A stretch of DNA of 63,718 nt, counting the filler, from Choristocarpus tenellus KU-1152 (lineage: Eukaryota; Protista; Phaeophyceae): assembly GCA_964200185.2 (NCBI GenBank). It is 11 parts of 11 records of this genome, joined end to end, with 100 filler letters (N's around TTAATTAATTAA, not from the genome) between each part and the next. Parts side by side here need not be neighbours in the genome. Positions count along the whole stretch, not along the records: positions 37,234 to 46,754 come from CAXNAD020003613.1; positions 46,855 to 49,730 come from CAXNAD020024002.1; positions 49,831 to 54,838 come from CAXNAD020012186.1; 8 more parts are not named here. One strand, 5' to 3'. The stretch's first letter is position 1. Every line of letters begins with the position of its first letter. Both the position numbers and the translations under genes were made by a program. Shown piece after piece: positions 38,856-51,326 of this stretch. The notes under the pieces were generated by a model. That model had not been told where the DNA came from and did not search any database. It was given only the letters and a program-made list of their open reading frames with translations.

Positions 38856-40539
38856 AACTTGGTGGAAAACTAGAGTATGAGTAGACTCTCTGTCATTACT
38901 CGTTTCTGTTTTACCATTTCCATTGAACCAGGATGGGCTGTCACCCATGGACGAGGAGAAACGTGCATATCCTCAAGCAGAGTCATGGAGAGGCTGCACC
39001 ACGAAAGCCCACAGGCGTTGCTGGGTCAATTTCTCTGTATGAACAACACCTTGAACTAAGAGCACTGCAGTGTTTACCATTGACCCATCTTTGTGTGAAT
39101 ATCCAACCACAATATAATTCCTATTGCAGTTTGGAATTTACTCCCAACAGCAGTTGCATGGAAGAACTGCACATGCCTTGGCTCGCTGATAGTAGCAGAA
39201 GCTCCTCCATCAGTAGTGGCTTTGGACCTGCTGCTGCTTGCTGCAATTTGATGTGGTTGGTCCCTGTAGTTGATATGAAGTTGCACCCTCCTGATCCTGA
39301 CCTAAATACACTACTATGCTGTATGTGCTCTGAATCTTGGAAACAGGGAACTATAAGAGATGCCAGGAAAATTTGGATGTGAAACTGTGGGAAGCAAGGG
39401 TGGGGGTCTTCAAGGCAAGCAAGTCAACCATGCATGAGTTTCTGCAATAGTGGGGGGGGTGCAAGGATAAGGCAATATTGCACATGTCCTTATGGGCGAT
39501 ACTCCACACAAGCTCAGGACTGAAGATACCCCTTGTAACCTTACATCTTGGACCTCTTAGCATGAATGATCATGCACCTAAACACCACCACTCAATCTTT
39601 CTTGCTTTTCTCCTGCACCCAGTGTGCCTGGTACCAACCAGACAATCCTCCAAACCATTGGAATTTATATGTGCCTCTTGAAGGTGAGCTTGAAACTCCT
39701 GATAAATGTATCCTTGAGGTCCTTCAGGTTCACCACAGGTTGCCTCTATCACGAATCAGACAATCGCAGGTACCAGGTACCACCCTTTTGTCAATAGGTG
39801 GAGTGAGCATCATGCACAGTCCCATTAGAAGTCATATTCAGCACGATATCGCTTGGCACTCAGCATCACACAAACAAAAGTCAGGGACGGTAATGGTTTG
39901 TGTGCACAATGTTGTGGTATGTGAAGATGATGGTGCCTTGGGATCCTGTTAGCTGATCTGTATGTTCCCAAAGACGGCCATGGACTGAACGCCCATTCTA
40001 TTCTCAACACAAGCCAAGTGCATCGAAAAGGATGCAGCCCTCAAGAAACTGCAGACTGAGGGAGGCATTTCCGTCATCCTTTCCCAGTCACAAAGCTCAT
40101 CAGACACGGAGGTGGAAGCGTTTAGTGCTCATGATGCCCTTCAATGCAGGAGGAATCATGAGTGCTGCTACCAAACGGGGATGTTATTGGGCGGAAAGCC
40201 CTCTGTCCTAGGTGGACGCTCCAACCAGCTGGATGCACATCCCTTTGGCTAAAAGTGTAAACTTGGAGAAGGCTCAACAGGTGAGTTGAGGGAGCCTCAT
40301 TGTGATTTCACAGCATAGTGGATTGCCAGGGAGGAGAGTGGGTTTTGAATTTAAACCACATGGGTCTCACCTGACAAAGGACAAGAAACATTGATGACAC
40401 ATTGCTCTTCCCACACCCCCTTGTACTCTACACAGTACGACAGAGAGACTCTATTTAGATCATTGTCTTCATTGTTGGTGTTAGGTTGATATTGTGTGAA
40501 AGAGCCAGTTGTCCTATAGTTCTATTTTGTGGAGTGTCC

Positions 40540-40798
40540 GAGCCAGATTATCTTAGAGGGTAGAGCTGTGTCCATTTGGGGGTCAAAATGCAATGTTGCG
40601 ATTTTGATGTAATTTTGGCTATCGTGTTTGTTGGGAATTATCAATATCCTTGTTGCGGACACACCTTTTCATAACATACACATTTTACCTACTCCAAAAT
40701 ATTTTGGAGCAGGAAAATGTCATAAAAAACCCCAAGGGAAGCAAAGCCCCAAATGGACAAATAGGGCAAAACTTGTACCCTCTAAGATACTGTCACTC
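40540..40798 (-). mobile_element. MITE family A
   Basis: Full-length copy with both TIRs. Confidence 0.9.
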
Positions 40799-41475
40799 TC
40801 TACAGGTAGTCCTCCTACCCATACATGTTCTCTTGTTGCCCATGAAATGTATCTTGCTGGTATCGAGGCCTTACACAAATGCACACCCCAGGTAGCCTTG
40901 ATATTCCACCGAAGATCAATTCTCGCTACTTCCAGACTCTTGCTTTGGGATGATTTGAGGATGACAGTGTTCCTATGTGTGTCTAATGTGAGGAGACGGG
41001 TTGTGCAATAGAATTGTTGCATGGACTCAATATTCTTCATGATCACTCATTTGCATATGCCAGAGTACTTTCCCTGATAGTTCCATCCCGATTCTATCCT
41101 TTTCTGCACTTACCAATTCCTCTTGGCAGAGACGGTGCGGCTGGTTGCATATGATCCCACGAACGAACATGTTATTGTAGAGGAATTTGGGGCAACCAGG
41201 GGGTGTGATGATGACCCATCCCTTATAACCGTCAAGACAAGGAGCGATGACATTGGCTTGACATTTGAGCGGGTGGGGATAGTGTTGATACCCTCTCAGC
41301 AGTATCTGCATATGCCACTACTGAAAGAATTCCTAAATGAGAAATTGATGTGTACACCTTTTGATTCACACCAACATTGGAATATCCCTCTGTGCTACAC
41401 AGCATGGCGATAGGAACTCCTCCAAGTTAATATTGCCAGAAGTAGCCCTAGGCGCCGTGGTAGTGTTTCTGAGCC

Positions 41476-41733
41476 GAGTCAAAGCATTAATGAGGGTAGG
41501 AGTTTTACCCTGCTTGTCTGTTTGGGGTTTGGCTTCCCATGGGTTTTTTTACGCCCTTTTTCGGTTTTCTTTGTGAACACAGTTGCCTAAAATGCATACA
41601 ACCATGAAAGTGTGTCCGGAGCAAGGATATTGACACTTGCTATAGAAAGCAATAGACGAAATTCACCAAAATCGCAACATTGGATATATCACCCCGAACA
41701 GACGCAGCCCTCCCCTCATGAATGCTTTGGGTC
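41476..41733 (+). mobile_element. MITE family A, variant subfamily
   Basis: GAGTCAAAGCATTAATGAGGGTA...CCCCTCATGAATGCTTTGGGTC; homologous interior; similar to 59645-59906. Confidence 0.8.
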
Positions 41734-41758
41734 ATTTGTTTTGAAGACGTCTGATTGA

Positions 41759-42025
41759 GAGTGAAAGTATCTTAGAGGTACGAGTTTGCGCTGTTTGTCC
41801 ATTAGGGGCTTGGCTTCCCATGGGTTCTTTTTTGGCATTTTTCCTTCCCAAAAATGTTTAGGAGCAGGTAAAGTGTATGTGTTATGAAACCGTGTCCGGA
41901 ACATGGATATTGACACTTGCTAACAAACACAATAGTCAAAATTACATCAAAATTACATCAAAATCGCAACATTGGATTTTGGCCCCCAAATGGACGCAGC
42001 TCTACCCTCTAAGATAATTTGGCTC
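41759..42025 (+). mobile_element. MITE family A
   Basis: Full-length, with an internal 12-bp duplication (AAATTACATCAA). Confidence 0.9.
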
Positions 42026-44842
42026 AGAATGCCTTTATGTTTATGCCATTTGGTCCCCCTTTGCTCGATTTAGTTAGTGTCAGGAGCTCATGCTATTGCA
42101 TGAGCAAAACCCCAACATCATTGTTGCCTTTCGAGTCTGTGCAGGGATGGGCAACATGCTGGTGATGGAGTATGATTCTAGAGGTTGTGTGAATCGCTTG
42201 GCGAAGGCATTGGCCGCCATCCCAGAGTGAGGGGCTGAGTCGAATACATCGTTAATACCTATGAACTACTATGTTCATACTATTGTTGACCAATGACAAC
42301 AACAGTGCAATTTGATGGTATACACTTCAATTGCTTGTTCATGTTTGGTAAATCAAGTATTCAAGTCAGGCGTATCACTTGTGGGATTATGACTTGCGGC
42401 AGTTACTGCAACTCCAGACACAAATACGATTTTGGAAATACTTGAGCACTGAAAAGAGGGAGCAAAGAGGAACATGAACCACTGTAGTTTTACACAAGAT
42501 CGAGCTTCTTGAGTAGAATTGAAGTGATTTAGCATCAGTTACCTGTTGATTATATTGAAACAGTCAATTTTTCCCCTGCCTCTCTATCACCTGCAAAATT
42601 CAACCCCAAATTATCCCAACAATGCCATCTTCACAATTCATGAGACCCCATCCCACCCTTCCTCTTTTCATTGCCAGTGCACTTTCCTTCAAGCACAAGA
42701 AGCGTATTGTGCATGGAGACATCAAGGACGACGGCATCCTCTTGATGTTTGCTTTCTGGGAGGGCAGCCGATGGGTACATTCTGCGTCAGGGCCATTTCT
42801 ACTGTCCAATATGCTTTGTAATACAAGATTGCCTTCAAATCCCTTATCTGCTGGCAGGTGGTGAAATTGACCGATTTTGGGCAAGCTGTGACCATAGATC
42901 AAAATGTTGGCCTCACAGAGTCTTGCTGGGGGACTCTGCAGCATTGTGCCCCGGAATTCATTAGCAATACGGTAAGCCTGGTCTTAGAATTTGATTGTCT
43001 CGGCTAGGCACTTGGGAAAGCCTTCAGATCACACTCTAGTCATCAAACCGCTTTTGGAGCGTAACTGCATCAGCATTATCCAGGTGTACGAGTATTCAAG
43101 TGGTCGAACTTTGACATATACTCCTCATAACTGGATCTAATCCCTCAAACAGTGTTGGGGCTGATGATGCACCGACTCTGTTCAAATGGCCACTTTTAAA
43201 CTAGTGTTTGCACTGTGACATGCGTTGCCAAATATTTTGTGTGTGTGTCCCAGACTTGCTATTGCATGGGGGGCGTTTGTGATGTTTGTGTGGGAATTTA
43301 GTTGTCTGCATCGGTATTGAGGGAGAATAGAATTCATCAACCATTGCAATATGCAAAACATGTACAACAACCCTACAAGGCAGCACCATCACTGCGATCC
43401 CAGTCGGCTTTACAAGTCAATTCTTTGCCATCATTTTGAAGGATACATGTTGATTTCCCATTAATTATTTGGAGTGTGGGATTCGGCAATCACCCAGCCC
43501 TGTAGACTCGATATATTGATACACACGGGCACCACCATCTTGTTCAACAGTAGTGGTACCATGGGCAACTACTGGACTGGTTTGTCATTACACTTCAACT
43601 CTGTCGCAGACTTGGTTGTGTGGAGTGCAACATCTAGTGTGACATGTTTTGGGACCTCACACTAGTTGGTGTGTGAAGGAGAAATGCAGACTCTACATGA
43701 AGTGAGGTATCACTAGATGGTGTTAGTGGGTTCGTCTTACGAGAATACTTCTCTTCTCTTTGGTCAGTCAATGGGTCAACCTAGGAAAGGGCTGCATCAT
43801 GCTGCCCTATGAAATTCTTGTGTAGATCATATATACAAGTTCAAGCAGGTGCTGCTTGGATTGAAATTACAAGTTGTAAAGAAGGAACTCGGCTCTGACA
43901 GATGGGAAATAACAGGTGGGTCACATGCTCAACAGCAAAAGGATATGGTGGAACTCTGGGACACCTGCGGATGTGTGGGCTCTGGGGGTGACCATGAGCG
44001 CACCCACAACTCCAAACGAGATCTATTTGGAGATATTCCCTCACTACGAGATGCAGTCTATCTTCGGCCATGGTAGGATCACACCCTGCCACAACAGTCC
44101 GATCAACCTGCCGGTCAAGTTTCTCAAGGTACATACTATGGAACAAAAATGGTCAACCTCTCAGCCAGGCCAGTGACGTTCTGAGACATGTAGTTGGGTC
44201 GATTGTGGGGAAGTGCCTTAATATATAAATAACAGAAATAGTAAAAATATCAGCAACAATATTAACAGCAATCAACAACTATATGTTAAAATATATACTA
44301 TTTGATTTTATCATTAAGTGTATGTTCACAATCTCTTAGGACATTTGATGGGATACTGCGTTGGATCCGCATGTAAATGGGACATGCTTCTGTAGAAAGC
44401 AGACCTTTCCCACGAACCTCACTATATATTTCTGGATGAATAATCTCGATTCTGTTTAGGGTAAGAGGGTGAGAGACCATAGTTGGGTGTTTTCACATTA
44501 TTGGCAGTCTTGCAGATCATGTGGTAGTATTTTCATACAGAAGTGTATCAGGAAAATTGAGGTAGCTTCCAGATCATGTACTTACCCCAATGAATGTGTT
44601 CTGGGCTCTTTGTACTATGGCTTCATGGTCCACCGACACAATCTGTAAGCAAGTTGGTGATGAGTGTCTGCCCTCTCGTTGCTTTGTCACTTTATAAGAG
44701 GAACTAGTGCATTTGCTGAATGTTGAGGCGGGACTGTATGTGTTGCTGGAGATGGTGTTATATAGTATGACAATGCTTATCCACGAGGAGGGTGCAACAT
44801 CAATTGATGTAGTGGTTAATTCAATGTTTAAGAAAATCAGAT

Positions 44843-45100
44843 GAGTGAAAGCATCTTAGAGGGTAGAGCCGTGTCCGTTTGGGGTCCATAATCCAATGTT
44901 GTGATTTTGATGTAATTTCAACCGTTGTGTTTGTTGCGAAGTGTCAATATCCTTTTTCCAGGAAATCCTTTCAAAACATATACATTTTACCTCCTCCAAA
45001 ACATTTCAAAGTAGGAAAAACGTCATGAAGAACCAATGCGAAGCCAAGCCCCAAATGGACAAATAGGGCAAAACTTATACCCTCTAAGATACTTTCAATC
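44843..45100 (-). mobile_element. MITE family A
   Basis: Full-length; 4-bp TSD AGAT. Confidence 0.9.
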
Positions 45101-48100
45101 AGATACTGGGGATCTAACTCAGCACAATCTGTGAGTCATGAATTTCGTACTCTCCCCCACTGGTCTTACTAATCTTACACTTACCCATTAGTCTCTCTGA
45201 TGATCACTTCTCTATCCATATTTCTAGGCTCTACAGAGTAAGGAAATGTGTTCAAATCAGAACCAATCCCACAAACCTTGCCTTTGCGACATATTGAGAT
45301 TCCACTCTCCTGCAGGAGAGATAGTGAGATGTTGTGTGCGTCTACCGCAATCAACCTGTGATATGGCAATGTTTGACAATCTCGTAATGCCTTCCTTGGT
45401 CAGACCTCATCTGCATACTGTCTGGAATTTCACAATACTTCCACCTGCAAATAAAAGGTGCCTAATTGTTATCAATAGCACTATGGGTACAATCCTACAT
45501 GTAAGTACACATTTGGAGATGTCCATCCATTGTAGGGGAGACCATAATCTTCACGTTTGAATTGATAAGGATAAGACTCTCACCCACAGGGCCAAGAATA
45601 AATGGGGGGCAATGTGCTCACTCCTTATGGTCACATGACATTGTGGTACCAATGACAAACAGCGATTGCACCTAGCAGCTGTTGTATCTTTGAGGTCATG
45701 AGAGACCTAACTTCATTCAGCACATCTGTTTTGTTGTAGCGGTTCACTTATGTTTGCCCCCATTGATTTGGATCATGATTGATCCACCCATGGCATGTGA
45801 CCTTAACACACAGGCACTTGCGGTAGATCTAAGGAAGCGCATCACTGCCACTCAGATGCTTATTCATCCCTTCGTTCATGAGAGGAACTGTGTACTCCTC
45901 TGGCTTAAGGGGAGGGTGGTGGAGCACTAGCCTATGAGGTGAGAGGCCGCATGGTCCTGGAGACACCTTCCATTTGTGCTCATGGCAACAATCTCTCCTA
46001 CCTACCCATGGCTACATCAAGATGAAATTCATATACACGTGTCAAGTACAGGATGCAATCATATTAGAGCTTGAGTTTCAGAGAGGCGATATTGCCTTGG
46101 TTACATCTTGGAGTGGTATCCCATCCCTATTTTGTCAAAAGGCCCCTATTCTGTTGAGTAGATGCAAAGTTGAGAAGGTTGTACTTGTATCACGTATTGC
46201 TAGAGAGTATGCAGTGGTTATCTGCAACGATCATCATGCCACCTCCCCTCCCTTCTACCTCTGTAGTTGTTTGAAGCGATAAGAAAATGATTTAGCCATT
46301 TTCAATTCTGGTCAAAACGTTTGCAGTTGTGATTTTTATAAGGGGTTGTGCTACTCATCGATGTGAATGCTTTAGTCCTACCTACTAAGCTCCATATTTT
46401 GAATTCGTTTGTCATTATCTCTAATTTCATAACAGTACTCAATGTTTCACTGCTTACAGCAACATCCATGCCAAGATTGAAAATGATCAAAACCATTAAT
46501 ATATCTACTGCAACTCCTACTAATTTTACGGTTGAAGGTAGCACTAATGAGAATTATGGTAAAGAAAATATAATATATTGAAAGGGCTAGAGGGCATGGT
46601 TTCGAAAAAACAAATGTCCTACTAATCGAATAGCCGAAATGTAGAAATACTCACAATATTGCTTTGAGTCAATCAGGTACCCCACCCCAGCAATTTGCCC
46701 TACCTCCCAACCTTATTGTACTATATGGTGTACATTATTGTGATTACTACAACTNNNNNNNNNNNNNNNNNNNNNNNNNNNNNNNNNNNNNNNNNNNNTT
46801 AATTAATTAANNNNNNNNNNNNNNNNNNNNNNNNNNNNNNNNNNNNNNNNNNNNATAAATATAGGGCGCGACCTATAATATATACCAGTATTTCGAGCAG
46901 GCTCCCCCTTGATACTGCCCCCCCCCCTATTACCCACCCATAACTCTGAGCGTGTGAGAGGTCTGCCGCACCCCAATCTGGTCACTGAAGGCCAGTATCA
47001 GACAGTGGTACTACTTTGGATATCGCTCACAAGCATTGTCAAAACCCTCTTTCGTCACGAACTTGTTTGTCACCACATTATGACAAAAAATACCACACAA
47101 CATAGCACAATCGTACGCTGATACCTTAATTCCCACACACCGAACCAAAACTACATATCGAAACGATGCAAATACTCTACATGCCACTCACAACTGTGAG
47201 GTAAATATCCACACATCCATTACACACTGCCAGTATCCATCAACTCAATTATGGCAACTAAAATTACAACGTGAAAGATGTGGGGAAACGATTACAAATC
47301 CGACAAATTGCATCATACAAGTCACTCCGATTTCAAAATAAATCGCTTCTTCTGTCCGATTTTTTGCTAGTTCAGGAGAACGCGTGCCAGCCTATGGTGG
47401 TGTTGAATCCATGCTTCAAATATGTGCATCTATCTGAGGGTCTAAATGATCGAGGATCGACACACAGAAAATGAGAACATACCCCAACTGATTGATAAAT
47501 TGAAGCAGAGTTGGTGCAAAGGTTTGCCTGAATAGATATGATGCAGTACCTAAGACACATGGCATAGTAGAATGCTTAGTCTAGACCCTCCCTACACGTG
47601 ACATAATAAGAGTATATGTTATGCCACTTTACTAACATGAATAGAATACTTGTGAAGATTGAATATATTTATTATTGCACTTAATTAGGTCCAAATTCCA
47701 TCCCAACAATTGACATTTTGCCCCAACATTGCGCAAGTATTTATTCTCGTGCTCTAACCAGTGCGAGCAGTAAACTTGCGTGCAGAACGACCAAATGGGG
47801 AAGTCTGATTTGTTATAGATACAGTTGTGAGATCTGAAACTTAGGATAAAGCAACAGTTTTCAGATGTATTACGGCGTCTGTAAACTCAATGGGAATATA
47901 TTTAATGGATGAAGACGACCCTTGTCTCTAGTCTTGTTACTATTGTCGTACACTTCCAATGAAAGAGACTATACCTTCATCTGCTGACATGATATCCACC
48001 CTTCTCGCTGGACCTTAGACTATCGGCATGCCTCAGGAGTCCTGTACATGCGTCAGCACCATCTATAGGCTTGTGGACTGGAGCTATACATTCCGTAGAG

Positions 48101-48908
48101 GTAAGCTTTGGAAGCGTGCTGCAACAAAGTGCCTTACCAAAAAAGTTGAATTGTGTCTGCATTTATGGCATCACCTTTCAATTCAAAATGTTTGAAGAAA
48201 AGGACAAGTTTTTATTTATCGAGTAAGTCGAAGACAAAATAATTAACTTACCTGAGTTGATAACCCTGAAAACATTGCACCACCAGATTTGTTAAGGAGG
48301 CCATGCCAAGTAAAACTGGGAAGATATAATATGATCCAAGCCAATTGTAAGGTAGGCAGGTTTGGACCCTTTTGCTTTCCAAGTCATCTTTATTACCTTG
48401 TGCGATACACTCTGTTTCATTGCTTTATCTCCACAATACTGTAGGCAAAATTGATATTCCCCCTTTCCACACACAAAGTGACACCGCATTTCAGCAAGTG
48501 CTCTTTCTGCAATTGTACAAAAAGGCTTATTTTTTCCCCTCACTTAGAATGCAAACGTGCCTAACTCTCAGTTGGTTTGACTCTGAGATTATTTGAAATC
48601 AAAATCACTACCACAAAAAGTTGATGGCATGTAGTGAAACGTATCATACGATACTGATGTGCGAACTCAAATAAGACTTGACGCTACCACCGAATTGGTG
48701 TATATAACCGCGAACTATTTCGGGTTATTCATTTTATCTGCAATGATTGATGCTACATGGCAATTTCCACATTGAAAAGTGGACAGCACAGGTGTTGTTT
48801 TGACATGTTATTATTAGTATACCAACATTCTACAGGTTGATATTACCTCTGGTAAATTTCATAGAAATGGACAACGCAAGGGTTTCTGGATAACGATATG
48901 CCAAATAT

Positions 48909-49161
48909 GAGTGCAAGTATCTTAGAGGGTACGAATTTTGCCCTGTTTATCCATCTGGGGCTTGGCTTCCCACGTTTTTTTTTTACATGTTACCTACTCC
49001 GAAACGTTTCTATATATTTACATTATGAAATTATTTGTCCGGAACAAGGATATCGACACTTTCCTAACAAACATGATTGCTAAAATTACATCAAAATCAG
49101 AACGTTGGATTTTGGAACCCAAACGGACACGGCTCTACCACCCCCTATGATACTTTGACTC
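48909..49161 (+). mobile_element. MITE family A
   Basis: Full-length; 4-bp TSD ATAT. Confidence 0.9.
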
Positions 49162-49489
49162 ATATGGCTCGTCCTAGCCACATTATCAGACAGGAGCATA
49201 CTCAGACAGGAACTGATAATGAAGTGAAGCATTACTGGGTATTTGCGCATCTTACCTTAGTAAGTACTAGTAGTGCTATTTCCAACTGAAACTGTGACGA
49301 GTTATGACCAAATTGGAGGGATCGTACAATCATTCACCTTTTTGAATTGAAATGACCATTTGAACATACTTCAAATGGTGCCACAAATGATCGCTGAAGG
49401 CGTCACATAAGTATCGGGTTCCTAAGGTATGAAATATATAATAAAAAAACTATTTTGCATTAAAAAAAGCGTTATATGATGTAACTTCT

Positions 49490-49730
49490 TCGAGGAAGGG
49501 TGCAGCAGTAGGTCTCTCCGCCTAGAGACCCACCAACAAGTACAGGCACAGATGCCTACAAGTGCGGGGGGTCTAGGCCTCTCTTCCATGAAACACCGCC
49601 AGGATGCGGCTTTTGTAGGATCACTGGTGGCTACCCTACCCACCCTTCTAGCAAGGCAGCAAGGGCCTCATGGCGAGTCCTTCTCACAAGCCGTACGTGC
49701 AAGCCCCACCATAAAGGCCTTGGGAGGTTC
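49490..49730 (+). mobile_element. Non-LTR retrotransposon fragment (CRE/R2-group-like, post-RT thumb region)
   Basis: QVQAQMPTSAGGLGLSSMKHRQDAAFVGSLVATLP matches the QAxLP...GGLG....A..AAF.GS motif of CRE-type elements. Abrupt shift from AT-rich DNA, consistent with 5' truncation. Cut by the contig end. Confidence 0.6.
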
Positions 49731-49830
49731 NNNNNNNNNNNNNNNNNNNNNNNNNNNNNNNNNNNNNNNNNNNNTTAATTAATTAANNNNNNNNNNNNNN
49801 NNNNNNNNNNNNNNNNNNNNNNNNNNNNNN

Positions 49831-50433
49831 GCGTTCTTGAGCTGGTCATAAGTGAGTTCAGGAGATGTTGACAGCTGTGCAAATACTTGTGGCATGCTGT
49901 CCCTGATGCCTATAATGAGAGCTCCTTTTTTGGCATGATCCTCTTTGGCTGCATCCAGCTGCTCGTATTCAGTCCAGATGTGATCAAGACGGATCACGAA
50001 ATCTGCAGCGTCCTCCACTGACGAGCAGAATGTATCTCGCAGCTTCATTTCAAGGGCAATAAGCTGCATAGGTCGCTGAATCGTAGCGCGCCCACCATAT
50101 ATTTGCTCTAGTTCGAGCCAGGCAGCCCTTCCATCAGGGTTACCATTGTTCTCGTGCGAGCTGACAATCATAGCTGCGGCACCTCTCGTGGCCTGTCCCA
50201 GCAGGAACCATAAGGCTTCTCGATGCCTAACGTATTCATCGTACGTGCAGCGTTCTTCGAATGATGTGTCAACCGTGGGAGGTGCTGGAATGCAAGTATG
50301 CAGGTTGAAGTATCCGGTATAGTCCTTTGCCGCCTGCGTAACTCACCAAAGCCATCCGCCATTCAGCCCATTTCTCCCGTGTATGACCCCGTGCTCCACT
50401 CCAGAGTGGCAGCTTACGGGGGTCCGCTTCCAT
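49831..50433 (-). mobile_element. Ty1/copia gag (frameshifted, truncated by contig end)
   Basis: ATG at 50433 (MEADPRKLPLWSG...KWAEWRMALVSYAGGKGL), frameshift near 50290, then ALWFLLGQATRGAAAMIV...DGRAAWLELEQIYGG...FVIRLDHIWTEYEQL...ALIIGI (Retrotran_gag_2/UBN2-like). Confidence 0.85.
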
Positions 50434-50440
50434 ACCGCTG

Positions 50441-50452
50441 AGGCTCATAACC
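50441..50452 (-). promoter_or_regulatory. Primer-binding site complementary to the anticodon stem-loop of initiator tRNA-Met
   Basis: Minus strand reads GGTTATGAGCC immediately after the LTR, the copia-type half-tRNA PBS (complement of GGCUCAUAACC). Confidence 0.8.
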
Positions 50453-51031
50453 TATGCAAAAAAGAACCATTCAAGTAGAGTATTTTGCTTTGTGTGGTAT
50501 GGATATGTTTATTAGCGGAGTGAGCACAACCCTCGGTGGTGGTGGGTGCTCTCTCTTATTATTGTTTCTTACATATATCAGCTGACTCATCAGCTGACAC
50601 ATCAAGACGTGTCCTGCCGTTACATCGTACTATGTCACTTATCCTGTGTAGCTAGTATTATGTCAGAACTCCTCCATCAGTACATTTACATCAAGCAATA
50701 AGAAATCGATCATCTGCGATTCGACCTCACTACTTTACGCACACGAACACAAGTCAATGACACTTGTTCCACTTAGCCAACATTCCTGTTGTCTCGTAGT
50801 GTTCACTAAACNNNNNNNNNNATCCTGTGTAGCTGCTAGTACTATGTCAGGACTCCTCCAACAGTCCACTTATATCAAGTAATAAGAAACCGAACATCTG
50901 AGATTCGAACTCATTACTTCACACACACTAACAGAAGTATGCCACTTGTTCCACTTAGCCAAGATTACTCTTGTCTAGTGGTGTTCACTACATGCATATA
51001 AACCATATAGACTATCATTCTATATTGCACA
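50453..51031 (-). mobile_element. 5' LTR of the copia element (contains a 10-N gap and a duplicated block)
   Basis: Homologous to the solo LTR 24378-24790, with the same ends (minus strand TGTGCAATA...TTTGCATA). Confidence 0.85.
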
Positions 51032-51326
51032 GGACGAGTGTGTTGGTCTATCATCAGGCACAAAAGTGGTTGTCATTTTGTGTGTCGAATCTCGGAAGCA
51101 TATCTGTTGTGGACCTATCTCCTTGAGAGTAGTGGAGTTCGCGCGTTTCACAGATGTAGTCTATTCCATACATGGTGCACATGAAAATGTTTACCACAAA
51201 GGATCCATGTTGTTCTCACAATAGGTGGCGACTGTCCCTGCCCTCACAATTTTGTTTTCCGTACCTCGCACCACATCGTTTCCCGCCGTCCGCAAACACA
51301 ATATCCTCGTCCCTCCTTGTGCGTAG

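Larger units (their letters stand above)
41440..45900 (+). pseudogene. Spliced Ser/Thr protein kinase pseudogene
   Basis: Ordered subdomain exons: about 42084-42185 (ELMLLHEQNPNII...LVMEY), 42678-42774 (ALSFKHKKRIVHGDIKDDGILL), 42858-42971 (VVKLTDFGQA...WGTLQHCAPEF), about 43937-44000 (frameshifted GTPADVWALGVTM), about 45780-45880 (ACDLNTQALAVDLRKRITATQMLIHPF). Possible frameshifted P-loop LG-RGSVSE at about 41448-41473. The catalytic-loop Asn is lost. Confidence 0.75.

Noticed and set aside
21812-49161. Recurrent short ORFs with NLYPLRYF / ILEGTSFALFV peptides as a gene family
   Set aside because: They are chance translations of MITE family A copies.
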